Source of the DNA: the human T2T-CHM13v2.0 reference genome, Homo sapiens
Assembly (NCBI RefSeq): GCF_009914755.1
Contig: NC_060930.1
DNA length: 64,000 nt
Reading direction: 5' to 3' (one strand)
This document shows, in pieces, positions 41,601-57,030 of this stretch. The notes below the pieces were generated by a model. That model was not told the origin of the DNA and did not search any database. It worked only from the letters and a program-made list of their open reading frames with translations. The position numbers and the translations under genes were made by a program. How positions within the stretch are numbered: position 1 is the stretch's first letter; every line of letters starts with the position of its first letter.

Positions 41601-43529
41601 ATATATAACGTAAACTAAACATAGTGCCCAATTTATTCTTATCCTTAATCAAAACTTATATGTTTTCTAAAACCAATTGAGTTTCAAAATATCCATATTC
41701 CTTTAGCTAATGGAATATTGGTAAGATTGTCTTACTATACTTTGGAGTTGTTTAGCAGTAGTCTTCCATTAATATGAAAAAATATATGACTAATGAAATT
41801 GATACATTATTCAATAAGGGATTAGAACACAATTCATTTACTTCCAAAAGGCCCATTGAAATTATGTGAGTCTCACATAGAGCTTAATGACTTCAGATGT
41901 GTAACCTAGAAATGTACCTTGTGCTATAAGTATATATTTAATATGATTGTTCTTATTTAAATGGCAATGGAACACAAAGTCAAGTTATATTTACCATCAG
42001 CTCACTTCCTGGACTTTGATGTGAAATAGGTACATTAACCCTTTCTGGATGACATGTTAACCATTTCTTGCCACTTACTTGTTACTTACTAAAACTGGGT
42101 TATTCTTATTCCTTGTTAAAATAAGTCCTGCTACTATGTTTTATAAAACCATCTATCAACTCGCTTTTTCCATTCAAAACAGAATCAGAGTAACATTTGT
42201 TTTTTTATACCTTATAGGAACATTTTTAATAAAGAATAATACTTTAAAATTCTTTGAGTTTTAAAAAGGACAATTTCTGCTCAACAGTTTCAAAGTATCA
42301 TTATGATAACAAATACACAAAAACTATAATATGAACAATAGTTTTATAATACAGGAAACACTAGACAAGACCCTGAGAGTTAAGTGAGTAAACTGCTAAG
42401 TGGCATGATATAAGATTTACTTTAACTGCTACCAATTCTTTAGGTAAGCTTAATATAGATTCAGATAGGCTATTTGTTGGCTTTTCTTGGGTTAAAAAAA
42501 AAAAGACATTATACTAATTCTCAAAAGAGTTTCTTATCTTGTTTAAACCTATGAATTGTTTATTTCAAGAAGGTATCATTAGGATATGGAAGAGCATGTG
42601 TTCGTATGTGTATACCATTGCCAGCTATTATTAAAATACACAAGCATATTAAAAATTATGAATGAAAAGAAAGGATGTTCTAACAGTCACAAATATTAAC
42701 AAAGCAAAAACTGACTATTCAGGAGACACATAAAACATATTGGACAATACACAGAACATAATACAAGTAATAAAATAAAAAATCTTTTGACTCTTTCCTA
42801 TTATATGCATTTAGTAATAATACACAAATGAAGAAACTTAGAATATCATACAGAGAAGCCATCTGAGATTTCTTTAAATGCAGAATAAATGATGTAGGAT
42901 CAGTGTGGGAATTAAAAATAGTTTTGTGGAGTTCAGTAGAACATATGTTTGTCTCATTGAATTTTTATTTCTGACTGATCAACTGATTAATAGCCCCATG
43001 AATTTTTAGATTCCACACAACTGAACATGTAAATCACATTTTACCTTTTTTTCCCAAAGAATAACAGTGTGTTTTCAAGAAGTTAACACAGATTCTCAGT
43101 TGGCCACATTAACAGTTCACACACTTTCCCCATGTGACAGATTGCATCCTTCAGATGTCAGCTGATGAATACAACATGCACCTTATTAAGGGACAATTGG
43201 AGGTTAGTAAAATCCAGCTTTTCCATCAGAAGCCAACTTCTTTATGGCAGCTAATCAGAGTTAATTGATAATACAGTTTATAAATGAAGAATATCATGCC
43301 CATTGCACATGGGAGAGCCTTTACGTGTATTTAAAAATGGTAGTCAAAATAGGTCCTAATTCTTGGAATTTTAATCTAGCCTGGTAATTCAATAAATTAT
43401 GCTGTTGTTTTAGGAAAACAAATGATAAATCCAAAATGCAATTCTTAGAATAACCAATAACTCTGGCTCACTGAATATGTACTAAGGTCTTCTTTTTTTA
43501 AGGTTTTCAATGATGCTAAATCAATATTA

Positions 43530-44177
43530 AGAATCTGAAAACCTTTTGTTACCACTCTGGTCCAAGCCATGAATAACTTTGACCAGAATTATTACAATGA
43601 TTCCCGAGTTGATTCCCACACTTCTATCCTTCATCCCTACAGGATACTCTCAGCACAGCTTCCAGAGTGATTCCTTTAAATAGTTCAGATCATTCCCATA
43701 TTCAAAACCCTAAGTAAAAGGAAAATTGCTTACAATGGCCAAAATCCCTACACAAAGTGTCTCATACTCCACATACATCTCTCCAACCTCAATATTTGCT
43801 ATTCCTCCGCTGTCTCACATTTCTCCAACTATAATGATCTTGCCTTCTATCACCTTGTTTAGTGTGCTTCCACATTAGTGTATTCTGAAGATTCTTTTCC
43901 TTGTATTTCTACATATCTGAATCTCTTATGCACTTCAAATAATCTTTTCATTGAGGTACCATTCCTAACCTGCTCTACTTTACATTACAACAGTTGGGAC
44001 CTTCTCCTTCACGTATAGTTTACTTAATTATTATCTTTATTTCATGCTTCCTTGCAGGAATAAAATGTTTTAAAGGACAGAGCTTTTACTTTGCTTTGAT
44101 CACTGACAAATCCCAAGAGCTAGAAAAGTGGGATGTAGTAGGTAGTTAATAAATATGTATTGAGTTAATGTATGAAT
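43530..44177 (+). mobile_element. L2a 3' end
   Basis: accactctggtccaagcca...cacagcttccagagtgattccttt...gtaggtagttaataaatatgtattgagttaatgtatgaat. Confidence 0.85.
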
Positions 44178-46937
44178 ACTTCCTTATAGTTGGAGGGTGA
44201 GAAGAAGTCATCATCTATCACTATATCAGGAAAAATAACCTGACAATAAAGCTTAGAATGCCAATTAGATAGTGAGTATAAATAATTAAACCATACACTG
44301 AAAAACAAGACAGGTACTTACTAAATGTCTTCTTCTCCATATGCTTTAAGTGTCTGTTCCTTTTCTTGGTAGATTATAACGAAAGCTACTGAGCAGTCTT
44401 TGTGTAAGTAGAGATTGTGGTTGGTCATAAGTGAGTCAGTCAAGAGCAAAAACTCACAACTATTTTCTTAAATGCTAAATTCAGTGTGATTTATATCAGA
44501 ATATTTTAAATAAATATAAAAATTAGTGCATGTTAGACAATAAAATAATCTAAACTTCAAGTGTACTAAAAGTGTATATCTCTTAAGTTCATTTGCATAT
44601 AATATGAATCATATAGGAACATAGTATATTCAATAGTGCAGAAAATGTGTCATCCAGCTTCTTTGAGAGACTCTATAATGTAATGGAAAGCCAGCGTTGG
44701 TTTAGAGCTCACGTGCTCTGTAAACACATTCAGTTGAAATGCCTCCGTGCTTCTGCTGTTGAAGAATATATTTTTCTCTAGTAAGCATTAGTCCCTTCAA
44801 GAAAGCAACCAACTAACCACTGAAAGTCCCCTCTCTATCAGGAAGAGCAGAGGGCTCTGCTACTGTGTCAAAGTCCGCAGAAATGGATGGAAAAAGCCTT
44901 GTAAGCTTAAAGTGCATCATTCCAATAAAAGTAAATGAAATTAGATAAAAGTTGCATTCATTAAACTATTGTTTCATTTTTTAATATGAGGTACATTAAT
45001 ATTGACTGTATTAACAGTTCAATTGTACATTTGGTCCAAGGTCATAATATAGCAACTTAGGTTTCCTTTGGAAAAAAAAATGCAGAAAATATTTCAGCTT
45101 TCTTTTTTTTTAATTAAAAAAGACAAGTAAAAATGTGACTACTGCTTTGAAACTTTATCTAACTAAGCACAAACCACATGGAAAGATGCATAAATGTAAA
45201 ACTAACTTTTTGCTGTTCAGAAAAAGAATTTGGATTTGATAGCAAGTGAGCTAAAATAAAAACATGCATAATTTACACTACAGATGGGTATATTCTCTAC
45301 ATTAAATGATACCTAGCGATTTCAAGGAGAAAGAAACTAAAGTGACAATCAACATTAAGAAGGTGGCAGAAGTAATCAAACACATGCCATGTGTAAGAAA
45401 AGGCATAATGAAGTTTCCATAAGAATGTTTTTTTCATGACTCAGACACCAAATAACTGTTTCACAAGCTTCAGCAGAAGTTCCACTGCACTTATCAATAA
45501 TGCATCCAGCTACAGCTTTAGATATTAAAACAAGCAGAAGTTGCTTGTATCAAAGAATCAAAGCTGAAACACATTATACTATGGAGCTTAAAACCAGACA
45601 AGAAAAATGTGAGTGTGAGGGAGATGGATAGTGTGCAGATGCAAAAACACTTTTGTTGAAACTTGAGAATAAATTAGCAATAAGGCACAAGGCCTTTAAT
45701 TTTACAAATCATAGCTCAACCAAAGATTCCTAGGCCAGAACAAAATGTTTGCCATTTCAACAATATCTATTAGGCAAGGGAAAGATGGAGAGCATTGCAA
45801 TTTGAAGCATTTGCTTTGCATGCAATAATTTCGTTGGCGACAGCCATTATGTTTGTTGAAGACCTCTGCAGAAACAGAACTATATTACAGAACTTTTTGG
45901 TTCTGAATTGAAGCACATTAGTAAAGGAAAAGAGTGCAGTTAGTATTACCAGGTTTGATATTTATACTCACAGATAGAGGATCAATATGGCCCCAGTGAT
46001 AATTCATAAATAAATGTTATTATGGAAAAAACTCATCATTACAAGTTTAATGTAGAATGATTTTTGTTGTAGTTTAACAAATATTATCATAAGTAGATGA
46101 TACTTCAACTTAGTTGATTCATACCATTTTGTATTGCTTTTTTGTTTAGTAGTATTTCACCAAAACATTCCAGGTATGTCTCAGTACATTCAGGAAAGTA
46201 AAATCTACAAAAGTCCATAGTATATGGCACTATAAGTTTCTAATATGTAAGTGAAAATTATCTCTTTATCAATTACTAGGAAATAAATTAAAATAAACAT
46301 TCTGTGATTCATGTTTGGTTCTATGAACGCCAGCCAAATGAACTTCAAATCTAGATAGAGCTATTAGGCAACAAAAATGCAGAAGATTTAGCAGATGGTA
46401 ATTACGTATGTAAAATGCATGCTTTGAAAGTGCCAAAACTTTAAACTTGAGTAAGTTTTAGAAACTCCTTTTTGCGGGTAATCAGGGCACTATTTTCCAA
46501 TTTTTTTATCTTTAAAATTTGCCTCAATTATAACAACACTTTCTGGGCTCAGGACCCTCACTTAAAGTAAAGATGTTAAAGCAGATAGTGTTTATATCTG
46601 GGTAATTTTCAGGCCTCATTGATTCGGACTATATTGTATCTAAATATCAGGGTAGTCATGTGTTTCTATCTAACATCTTCTTTAGGCCCACTTACAAAAT
46701 CTTAACTCTAGTAACACTTAAAGAAGAAAAAATAACTACCAAGAGAAAACCCCAAAAATAAAAATGTCAATTAATATCTTTGTGTCCATCTAAAAATTAT
46801 CCTTACAATAAAAAATATTATTTTTCCCTTTAATTGTCAATATAATGTTTCTAGATAGAGTAGTGACTTAGTTTTCCAAAGGGAAAATTATTAAAACTAA
46901 TACTTAGAAATAAGTTATCTTATATAAAATATAAAAT

Positions 46938-47079
46938 ATTTTATTTTATATTATGTTTTGTAGACATGGGGGTCTTGCTATGTTGCCTAGACTAGCCTCA
47001 AGCTCCTGATTTCAAGCAATCCTCCCTCCTCAGCTTCCCAAAGTGCTGGGATTACGGGTATGAGCCACTGCTCCTGGCT
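46938..47079 (-). mobile_element. FLAM (free left Alu monomer)
   Basis: ggggtcttgctatgttgcc...aagtgctgggattac...gagccactgctcctggc; TSD aaatataaa on both sides. Confidence 0.9.
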
Positions 47080-47174
47080 AAATATAAATTCTTAAGAGAG
47101 CTAAACTATTACTTTTTTTGTACTGGAGGCTGAAGCATATTTTAAGCAAGGTTATTTTAAGATTTTAAACAGCA

Positions 47175-47491
47175 ATTGAGTACTTTTATTACTCCATGAA
47201 TATATAGCTTATGTAGTCAACTATGTAGATGAAAACATTGTTTTACCTTTGTTGCTGATATGTTGCAATATTGTTCAACAATGTAATGCTTTTACATTTG
47301 TATCTGCAATTCATGTGAATGTTTATTTTTTCCAGAATAATTCTCTGCAACAATCAAGACCAATTGCATTAAGACAAAAAGTTTACAAAATGACAAGATC
47401 ATTACATAATTTACAACTCTGTTGATAGAGTACCTATACAAGTAACACTAAGTATGTATAATGAGCACACTGTACATACTTCAAAATTTGC
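47175..47491 (+). repeat. Inverted repeat, left arm (317 bp)
   Basis: Reverse complement of 49251-49567 with 3 substitutions and no indels (aligned by hand). Confidence 0.98.
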
Positions 47492-47782
47492 CATTTAATT
47501 GTATTCTATGGTAGCTCATTTGATTAATATGGGCAACATTAGTGTAAATTGGCAAAGCAACTACTACATGTGTAAACAATGCCACTTCATTACCTTACTT
47601 CGCTAAATAAAAGCTAAAGCTACCATGGAAGTAGTCTGGAATTGTCTTTTGCAATCTGGTCTTTTTTCACCTTAATATTAGGAGCTATTTTTCACAATAA
47701 ACTTGATCCTTTTCTTATAATTATTTGTGCATAAATATTACTTCCTCCAAATGACTGAGTGGACTCTTTGTACATAAAAAAA

Positions 47783-48150
47783 TGCATGATTGAATATTTG
47801 TGTTTCCCCAAAGTGCATAGTTGAAACTCCACTCTCTAACGTGATGATATTAGGAGCTGGGGTCTTCCTGTGGCAACTAGAATTAGATGAGGTCATGAGG
47901 ATGAAGTTCCCATGAATGGGATTAGTGTCCTTATAAGAGTCCCCAGAGATCTTGCTTCCTTTCTCCCTCATGTGATGACATGCAGAAGACTGCTTCTATA
48001 AAACAGAAAGTAGGCTGTCACCAGGCATCAAATCTGCTGAAACCTTGTACCTGGACTTCCTAGCTTCTAGGACTGTGAGAAATAAATGTTTATTGTTTAA
48101 GTCACCTAGTTTATGATATTTTGCTATAGCAGCCTGAATAGACTAAGACA
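47783..48150 (+). mobile_element. MLT1A/MLT1A0 solo LTR within the inverted-repeat spacer
   Basis: ttagatgaggtcatgagg...atgggattagtgtccttataaga...ctgtgagaaataaatg...tatagcagcctgaatagactaagaca. Confidence 0.9.
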
Positions 48151-49250
48151 GAGTTTTCCCTGGTATCTAGCAATTCTTTTTGGCAAAATTAAAGTGAGAG
48201 AAAACAATAAATTGCTCAGGAAATTTTTAAAAACAGAATAAAATAGAACTCTTGAAGCCAGAAATTCAAAAATTCTTTGAAAATAGCATTTCATTATAAT
48301 CAATAGAATTATTCAAAAATAAATCTAATCTATTGTAAATTTAACAATATACCATAGTTCATTTTAACAGAACCACAGAAAGAGCATTCCACTAGGTTAA
48401 ACAAAAAACGATTTCTGTTTACTTTTTAAAATGTTTATACTTTTACGTCAGATGTTATTAGGCAACTTGAAAAATCCTGTATACAAATTCAGTTGCCTCT
48501 AATGATTTTACTATCTCATTGTGTGCATACTTTTCAGCATGAAAACAAATAATTTTGTTAAAAGATAGCCTGTGTAGTGAAATACATATTATTATCACAG
48601 GTTTAAAATGAAAGCAGTTAGTAAACTGTAAACACAAAAAGAAGCAGCTGTTAAAATAATACTTAGCTTATCCATTTAAAGATAACTTTTCTCTACATTC
48701 ATGGAAAAATTCAAGATCGATTAATAAAGTGCAATAATTAAAGAATTATTTCTAAAGATTTTCATGACAGACTGGATTTCCTAAAATGGAGTTAAATGAT
48801 CAATGAGAGATGAGAAAACGTAAGAGTGGATATGTACAATGCAATGCTGTAGTAACCCAATTACTTTCCGTAGTCCTGATAACATGCAATTTCCACACCT
48901 GGGAATATAGTAGGATGTTATTTACACAGTTTGATTCTGAATATATAGTAAACTTTTTTGTTTTCATTTCTGGGCCTATTATTTTCTCTTCCTCTATTTC
49001 TAAGTTAAAAGTGACATTTCTTTCACTCTGCTGTTTGGCTTGACAAACAACGTCTTTCCTCCTCCTGGGATAGATTTGATTGAAGGGGATGCATCAGGTA
49101 GGAAAGTAAAAGTTTTGTTTCCCGATTGCTCTGGCAGTGCCTGCTGCTGACTTCTCATACTGGAGATGACAGCAGCTTCACAAGGTCTTTGCAATTTTAT
49201 ATGCCTGAAAAAAAGGGACATAAAATTTAAACCACGTATAGGAGAAAAAC

Positions 49251-49567
49251 GCAAATTTTGAAGTATGTACAGTGTGCTCATTATACATACTTAGTGTTAC
49301 TTGTATAGGTACTCTATCAACAGAGTTGTAAATTATGTAATGATCTTGTCATTTTGTAAACTTTTTGTCTTAATGCAATTGGTCTTGATTGTTGCAGAGA
49401 ATTATTCTGGAAAAAATAAACATTCACATGAATTGCAAATACAAATGTAAAAGCATTACATTGTTGAACAATATTGCAGCATATCAGCAACAAAGGTAAA
49501 ACAATGTTTTCATCTACATAGTTGACTACATAAGCTATGTATTCATGGAGTAATAAAAGTACTCAAT
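49251..49567 (-). repeat. Inverted repeat, right arm (317 bp)
   Basis: Reverse complement of 47175-47491. Confidence 0.98.
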
Positions 49568-49585
49568 GTTTAATAATAAAAATGC

Positions 49586-49842
49586 TGCTATAGTTTAAAT
49601 GTTTGTGTTTCCCCCAAATTCTTATTTTGAAACCTACTCACCAACATGATGCATTAAGAACTGCACCCTTTGGGAGGTAATTCACGGGGCTCTGCCCTCA
49701 TAAATAGGATTACTGCCCTTAAAAGGGAGGCTCCAGAGACCTGCTTTGCCTCTCCCACTATGTGAGAACACAGCTAAAAGTTGCCATCTGTGAACCAGAA
49801 GACATACCCTCACTAAAAACTGAATCTACTGATGCCTTGATT
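49586..49842 (+). mobile_element. MLT1A/MSTD-like LTR, 3' part missing
   Basis: tgctatagtttaaatgtttgtgtttcccccaaattc...gccctcataaataggatta...gatgccttgatt then stops abruptly. Confidence 0.85.
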
Positions 49843-50027
49843 ACAGTGAACTACAATTAACAACTGTACGCTAATACATTAGATAACCTAGATAAAACGG
49901 ACAAATTCCTAGAAAAACACAAATTGGCAAAACTGACTCAAGAAAAAGCAGAATATTTGCATAGATGTATATTAACTAAAGAGATTGAATAATAAATAAC
50001 TTTTCACAAAGAAAATACCAAGACCAA
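49843..50027 (+). mobile_element. Old L1 ORF2 fragment
   Basis: tagataacctagataaaacggacaaattcctagaaaaacacaaa...aaaactgactcaagaa. Confidence 0.85.
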
Positions 50028-50029
50028 TG

Positions 50030-52790
<2,761 letters not shown>

Positions 52791-52804
52791 GAAAAGTTTG
52801 ACTC

Positions 52805-53025
52805 AACTGCCTCTGCCACTGCAATCAATACACAATGAATATGCACGGCCTAGTTCAGGGGTACCAGTAGGAAGAGTAGAGTTATAGGGAGCAAGGACAT
52901 CCTAGGTATGCCTAGCCTAAAGATGATCTGCAGCTGATCTTCAGCCAACGAATATGTGTGGGTACTAAATAAATGTTTGTTGTAAACCAACGATACTATG
53001 TAATTTATTTTACGTGGTAGCAAAT
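52805..53025 (+). mobile_element. Old MLT1 (H/J-like) LTR 3' part
   Basis: gcctagccta...cagctgatc...aaataaatgtttgttgtaaacca. Confidence 0.5.
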
Positions 53026-53486
53026 CAGTTCACCTCTATTCTGTCTTTTCTCTCAGCTCTCCTTCAAGTTTAAAATTAACTGAATTATTTGATCTCAAAA
53101 AACTTTCACAATTCTAAAAAATACCAATTATAATACTATATCATTGAAACAATCTTGAAAAGAGAAAGAATGAAATACAATTCATAGATTCAATTAGATA
53201 TAAATAACTTCTTGACACATCACAAATTTTAGTATAGAATGTAAAATAAATTTATGGAAATCAAAACATTTTAAAAAATTATCACTGATTTGATTTCATT
53301 ACTCAACCTGAAATGTGTTTTATTCTTCTAAATATTCTTGCTAAAACTCTTTTGTCTTTCCAAATTCAAACATCTTTTCTGCCATGGATATAAACTTTTT
53401 TTAAAAAAAGTAATATCAAATTAGACTTTAAATTGTCTTAAAGATTACAGACACAGTCTTTCTTTATGTGGATTTAGTTTGAAATT

Positions 53487-53809
<323 letters not shown>

Positions 53810-54895
53810 TAGAATGTTTCAACTCGTTGTCTAAAACTAACTGCATATCTAAGTCTAGTTGATTAAATGCAATTTCTATTTTAAAATTTTATGTAATTAG
53901 TTATATTTTAGGTCATTAATTGGTTGATCTAATGAAATTTTATTTCATATAATTTTGCTTAATCAATTTTCTTATTTTTTCACATTGAATAAATCATTTA
54001 AATCTCTGAATTAACATTTTTATAAAATACAAAATACTATGAGTTATAAAGAGTTCCTTTTAGAAGAGTCTGCTTCTAACCCTCTAAGATCTGTAGCTAA
54101 TGCTGATTTCAGGTCTTTTTCTTTTAAGCTATACATTTTTTGTCTCATTAGAGGAATTATAGAAATATTGCTGTTTTGCGTGGAGTTAGAAATTGTTTTT
54201 GGCACATCTTAGTATCTAAGCAATATCCATGCACAAATGCACACGCCCAGATTAAACGTCTTAAACCTTAAAACAAACAAAATATAAAATATGGTTCTCT
54301 AATGGGAATCTCTGACAGTTTTCACTGTGTTTGAGGCTCTGAAGTGAATTTCAGTTTATGTAATCTCATATTAAAGCAAAAGGGAATAAGGTAGAAAAAC
54401 ACTTTATTCAAGACTTAGATTTCTGAGGTTAATTTAATGTCTCATATTCAGTAACCTCAGGCCCCATAGAAACAAAATATTGTTTATCATTGAGAAAAAT
54501 TGTCATGCACCTGTCAGAGACACTGCTGATTTAACGAACAATGGTTTGGGAAGTGGAGGAAGGTGGTCTACTCCCAATCTAAGTTCCCTAGATCCTTGAT
54601 AGCCACCAGTTACCCTATCCTTTGCATTCAAGAGCATATTTTATAAACTTAGTTTGATGTTTTACATGAGAGAGATGCCATGCCTTTGGGCATGATTTTT
54701 AAAACTGTGTTGTTACTCTGTGCCAAACTGAGCCAGGAGCACGCCACAGATGTTTTATTACCTGTTTTTTCAAATGCCAGCTTGGAAAACAATTAGTCAA
54801 GAGATATAAAAGAAGAAATCATTTTACTTACTTACGTTTTCAAAATATTTTCTCTAATTCACGTAGTCAAGTTGATATTTTTTGAAGAAATCCAT

Positions 54896-55678
54896 TGTGT
54901 TAAGCAAAATAATGACCCCAAAAGATACCCATGCCATAATCCACAGTGTTTGCGATACGTTACCTTACATAGCACAAGGCACTTTGTAGATATAAATTAA
55001 AGATATTGAAATGGTAATATTATTTTAAATATCCAGGTTGGCTCACTATAATCACAAAAGTCCTTTTAAGAGGAAGGCAAGAGATATGATAAAGGAAGCA
55101 GAAATCAAAATGATGCAGGGTCAGGAGCCAAGGAAAGAGGGCAGCCTCCAAAAGCTGCAAAAAGCCAGGTAACAGATTCTCCCTAAAAACTCCAGAAAGA
55201 ATGCAGCCATGCCATATCTTGATTTTAACCAAGTGAAACTGATTTTCTTAAGTACATGGAAAGTTGTATCACCTTCTTATATATGAACACTCAATTACAT
55301 AACAGCTCACATGAAAGTAGCAGCTTTTATTTAAATTATTGTACTGCTCTTAAAATCTATATGACAGAATCAACAATGTTCCCTTGACTAATCAAAAATA
55401 GGGAACGCAAGTCCTCTTCCAGAGTGCCAGGCCACAGTAGATTTAGTAGATCATCAATTCTCCCTCCGATAAATGTTTATAAAAGGAGTTAAACAACCTC
55501 TTCTTTTCTGACAGGTCAGTCATCCCTGATCATTGACATGAGAACCATATTGTTTGATCATGTATCCACTTAAGGTTATTGCTGGGTTTCTGATGCATAA
55601 CTATGAAATAATAAATTTGTGTTGGTTTAAGTCACTAAGTTTGTGTTAATTTATAAACAAGGCAATGAGAAACTAATA
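54896..55678 (+). mobile_element. MLT1D solo LTR split by a ~337-bp foreign insertion (55247-55583)
   Basis: tgtgttaagcaaaataatgacccc...agtgaaactgatttt | insert | gggtttctga...ataataaatttgtgttggtttaagtcactaagtttgtg...aaactaata. Confidence 0.9.
55304..55579 (+). repeat. Direct copy of 57060-57334
   Basis: Shared blocks ttttatttaaat.attgtactgctcttaaaa, tcaaaaataggga, tcttccagagtgcca, tatccacttaaggttat; about 80% identity by eye. Confidence 0.95.
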
Positions 55679-55694
55679 TTCTTACAATCTCACT

Positions 55695-55696
<2 letters not shown>

Positions 55697-55726
<30 letters not shown>
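55697..55726. repeat. Poly-T run (about 29 nt)
   Basis: Direct reading. Confidence 0.95.
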
Positions 55727-55728
<2 letters not shown>

Positions 55729-56179
55729 CTTCTGTAATACTATAATCATTAAGAGAGAATACATCCAAGGAGGCTGAACAAAAAAATCATAGCCCCTGAT
55801 GGACCAGGGATAAATTAATTACCATATACCTTCTAGAAGATATACAGACACTAATTTAAATGATCCTTACATTTAGCTTTTCAGCTGTGATGCTTTTATT
55901 GCATTCAAACATAGGCAAAACAAAATGATTTTAGCATGTGCTTAGTAATAGAATCCGTGTATTTTTTTATTTGCTCCTAAAATAGAAATCACCTTTCAGC
56001 AGTTTTTTTCTTGTAATAAATGACAATGAGGGTGACAGATATGTGTTTATTTTAAAAATCTTTGCAATATGTCTATTTTAATACTCTATCATCTAAAACT
56101 CGTTATCAGTTTTTAAGCATTAGTTCCGAGAGCAAGAGAATGAACATGCAAGAGTATATATGCATCTACATGTGCGCAA

Positions 56180-56210
56180 GTGCACGCACGCGCGCATACA
56201 CACACACACA
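56180..56210. repeat. Alternating purine-pyrimidine tract (CG/CA)
   Basis: gtgcacgcacgcgcgcatacacacacacaca. Confidence 0.9.
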
Positions 56211-56914
56211 GAAGGCTTTCTTAGCAACCAGATGTAAATTAGGCATCAGAAGACGCTCAAGGAGAAACATATTTTTCTCACCAAATCTGAAAATACATTT
56301 TCAGAACACCTCAATTGCCTCATTGTTAAAACTGGAAGAGATTGAAAAACAGTATTTATGATAGCAGAAAAGGAGACAATAATGGTGTATGATGTATACA
56401 AATTGTTTAGCTAAATGTCCTGTAATATACTTGCCCCCTGCTACCTCCATTATTTTGTTACTCAAAACAAACAAACAAACAAACAAACAAAAACGGAGAA
56501 TGCGTAGTCCATTGATTAAAACATGTGAATTTAAGTATCTAAGTTTGTCAGTGGAAGCAAGAGATACAGAATTTCAGGATCTGTTTTTCTTCTACTTAGA
56601 TGTAACACATTCTCTCATTTCTAGATGAATTATAAACAATTCATCTTGTGAACGCTCCACATTTTTCTCCTACCTAATTTTCCTATAGTGATTTCCTTCT
56701 TCTTTCCTTTGCTACCGACCTTGGCTTAATTTTCCAAAATTAAAACCCACATATGGGTTTGATCAGTGATTATGGTTGTAAGCAATAAACTACATTGTTT
56801 TTGATTAAATTGTATAATTTTTCACCCCTAGTTCAAAAGTAGACTGTAGATGGCCAGAGAAGAACACTTTCTGCTTCAAAACTGAACAGAATGGGAAAAT
56901 ATTTAATTGAACAT

Positions 56915-57030
56915 CAATTAATCTATTCACTTAAATATTTATTCAGTATCAAATGTATGACAGAGACTCGGCTGGAGAAACATCAGTGACAAAACAGACA
57001 AAGTTTGTCCACATGGATCTTAAATCCATT
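56915..57030 (-). mobile_element. L2 3' end fragment
   Basis: tattcacttaaatatttattcagtatc...cagtgacaaaacagacaaagt...catggatcttaaat. Confidence 0.7.

Noticed and set aside
47175-49567. Inverted repeat read as the terminal inverted repeats of a DNA transposon
   Set aside because: No TSD, no transposase remnant and an old MLT1A LTR in the spacer; 99% arm identity does not fit the long-extinct primate DNA transposons.
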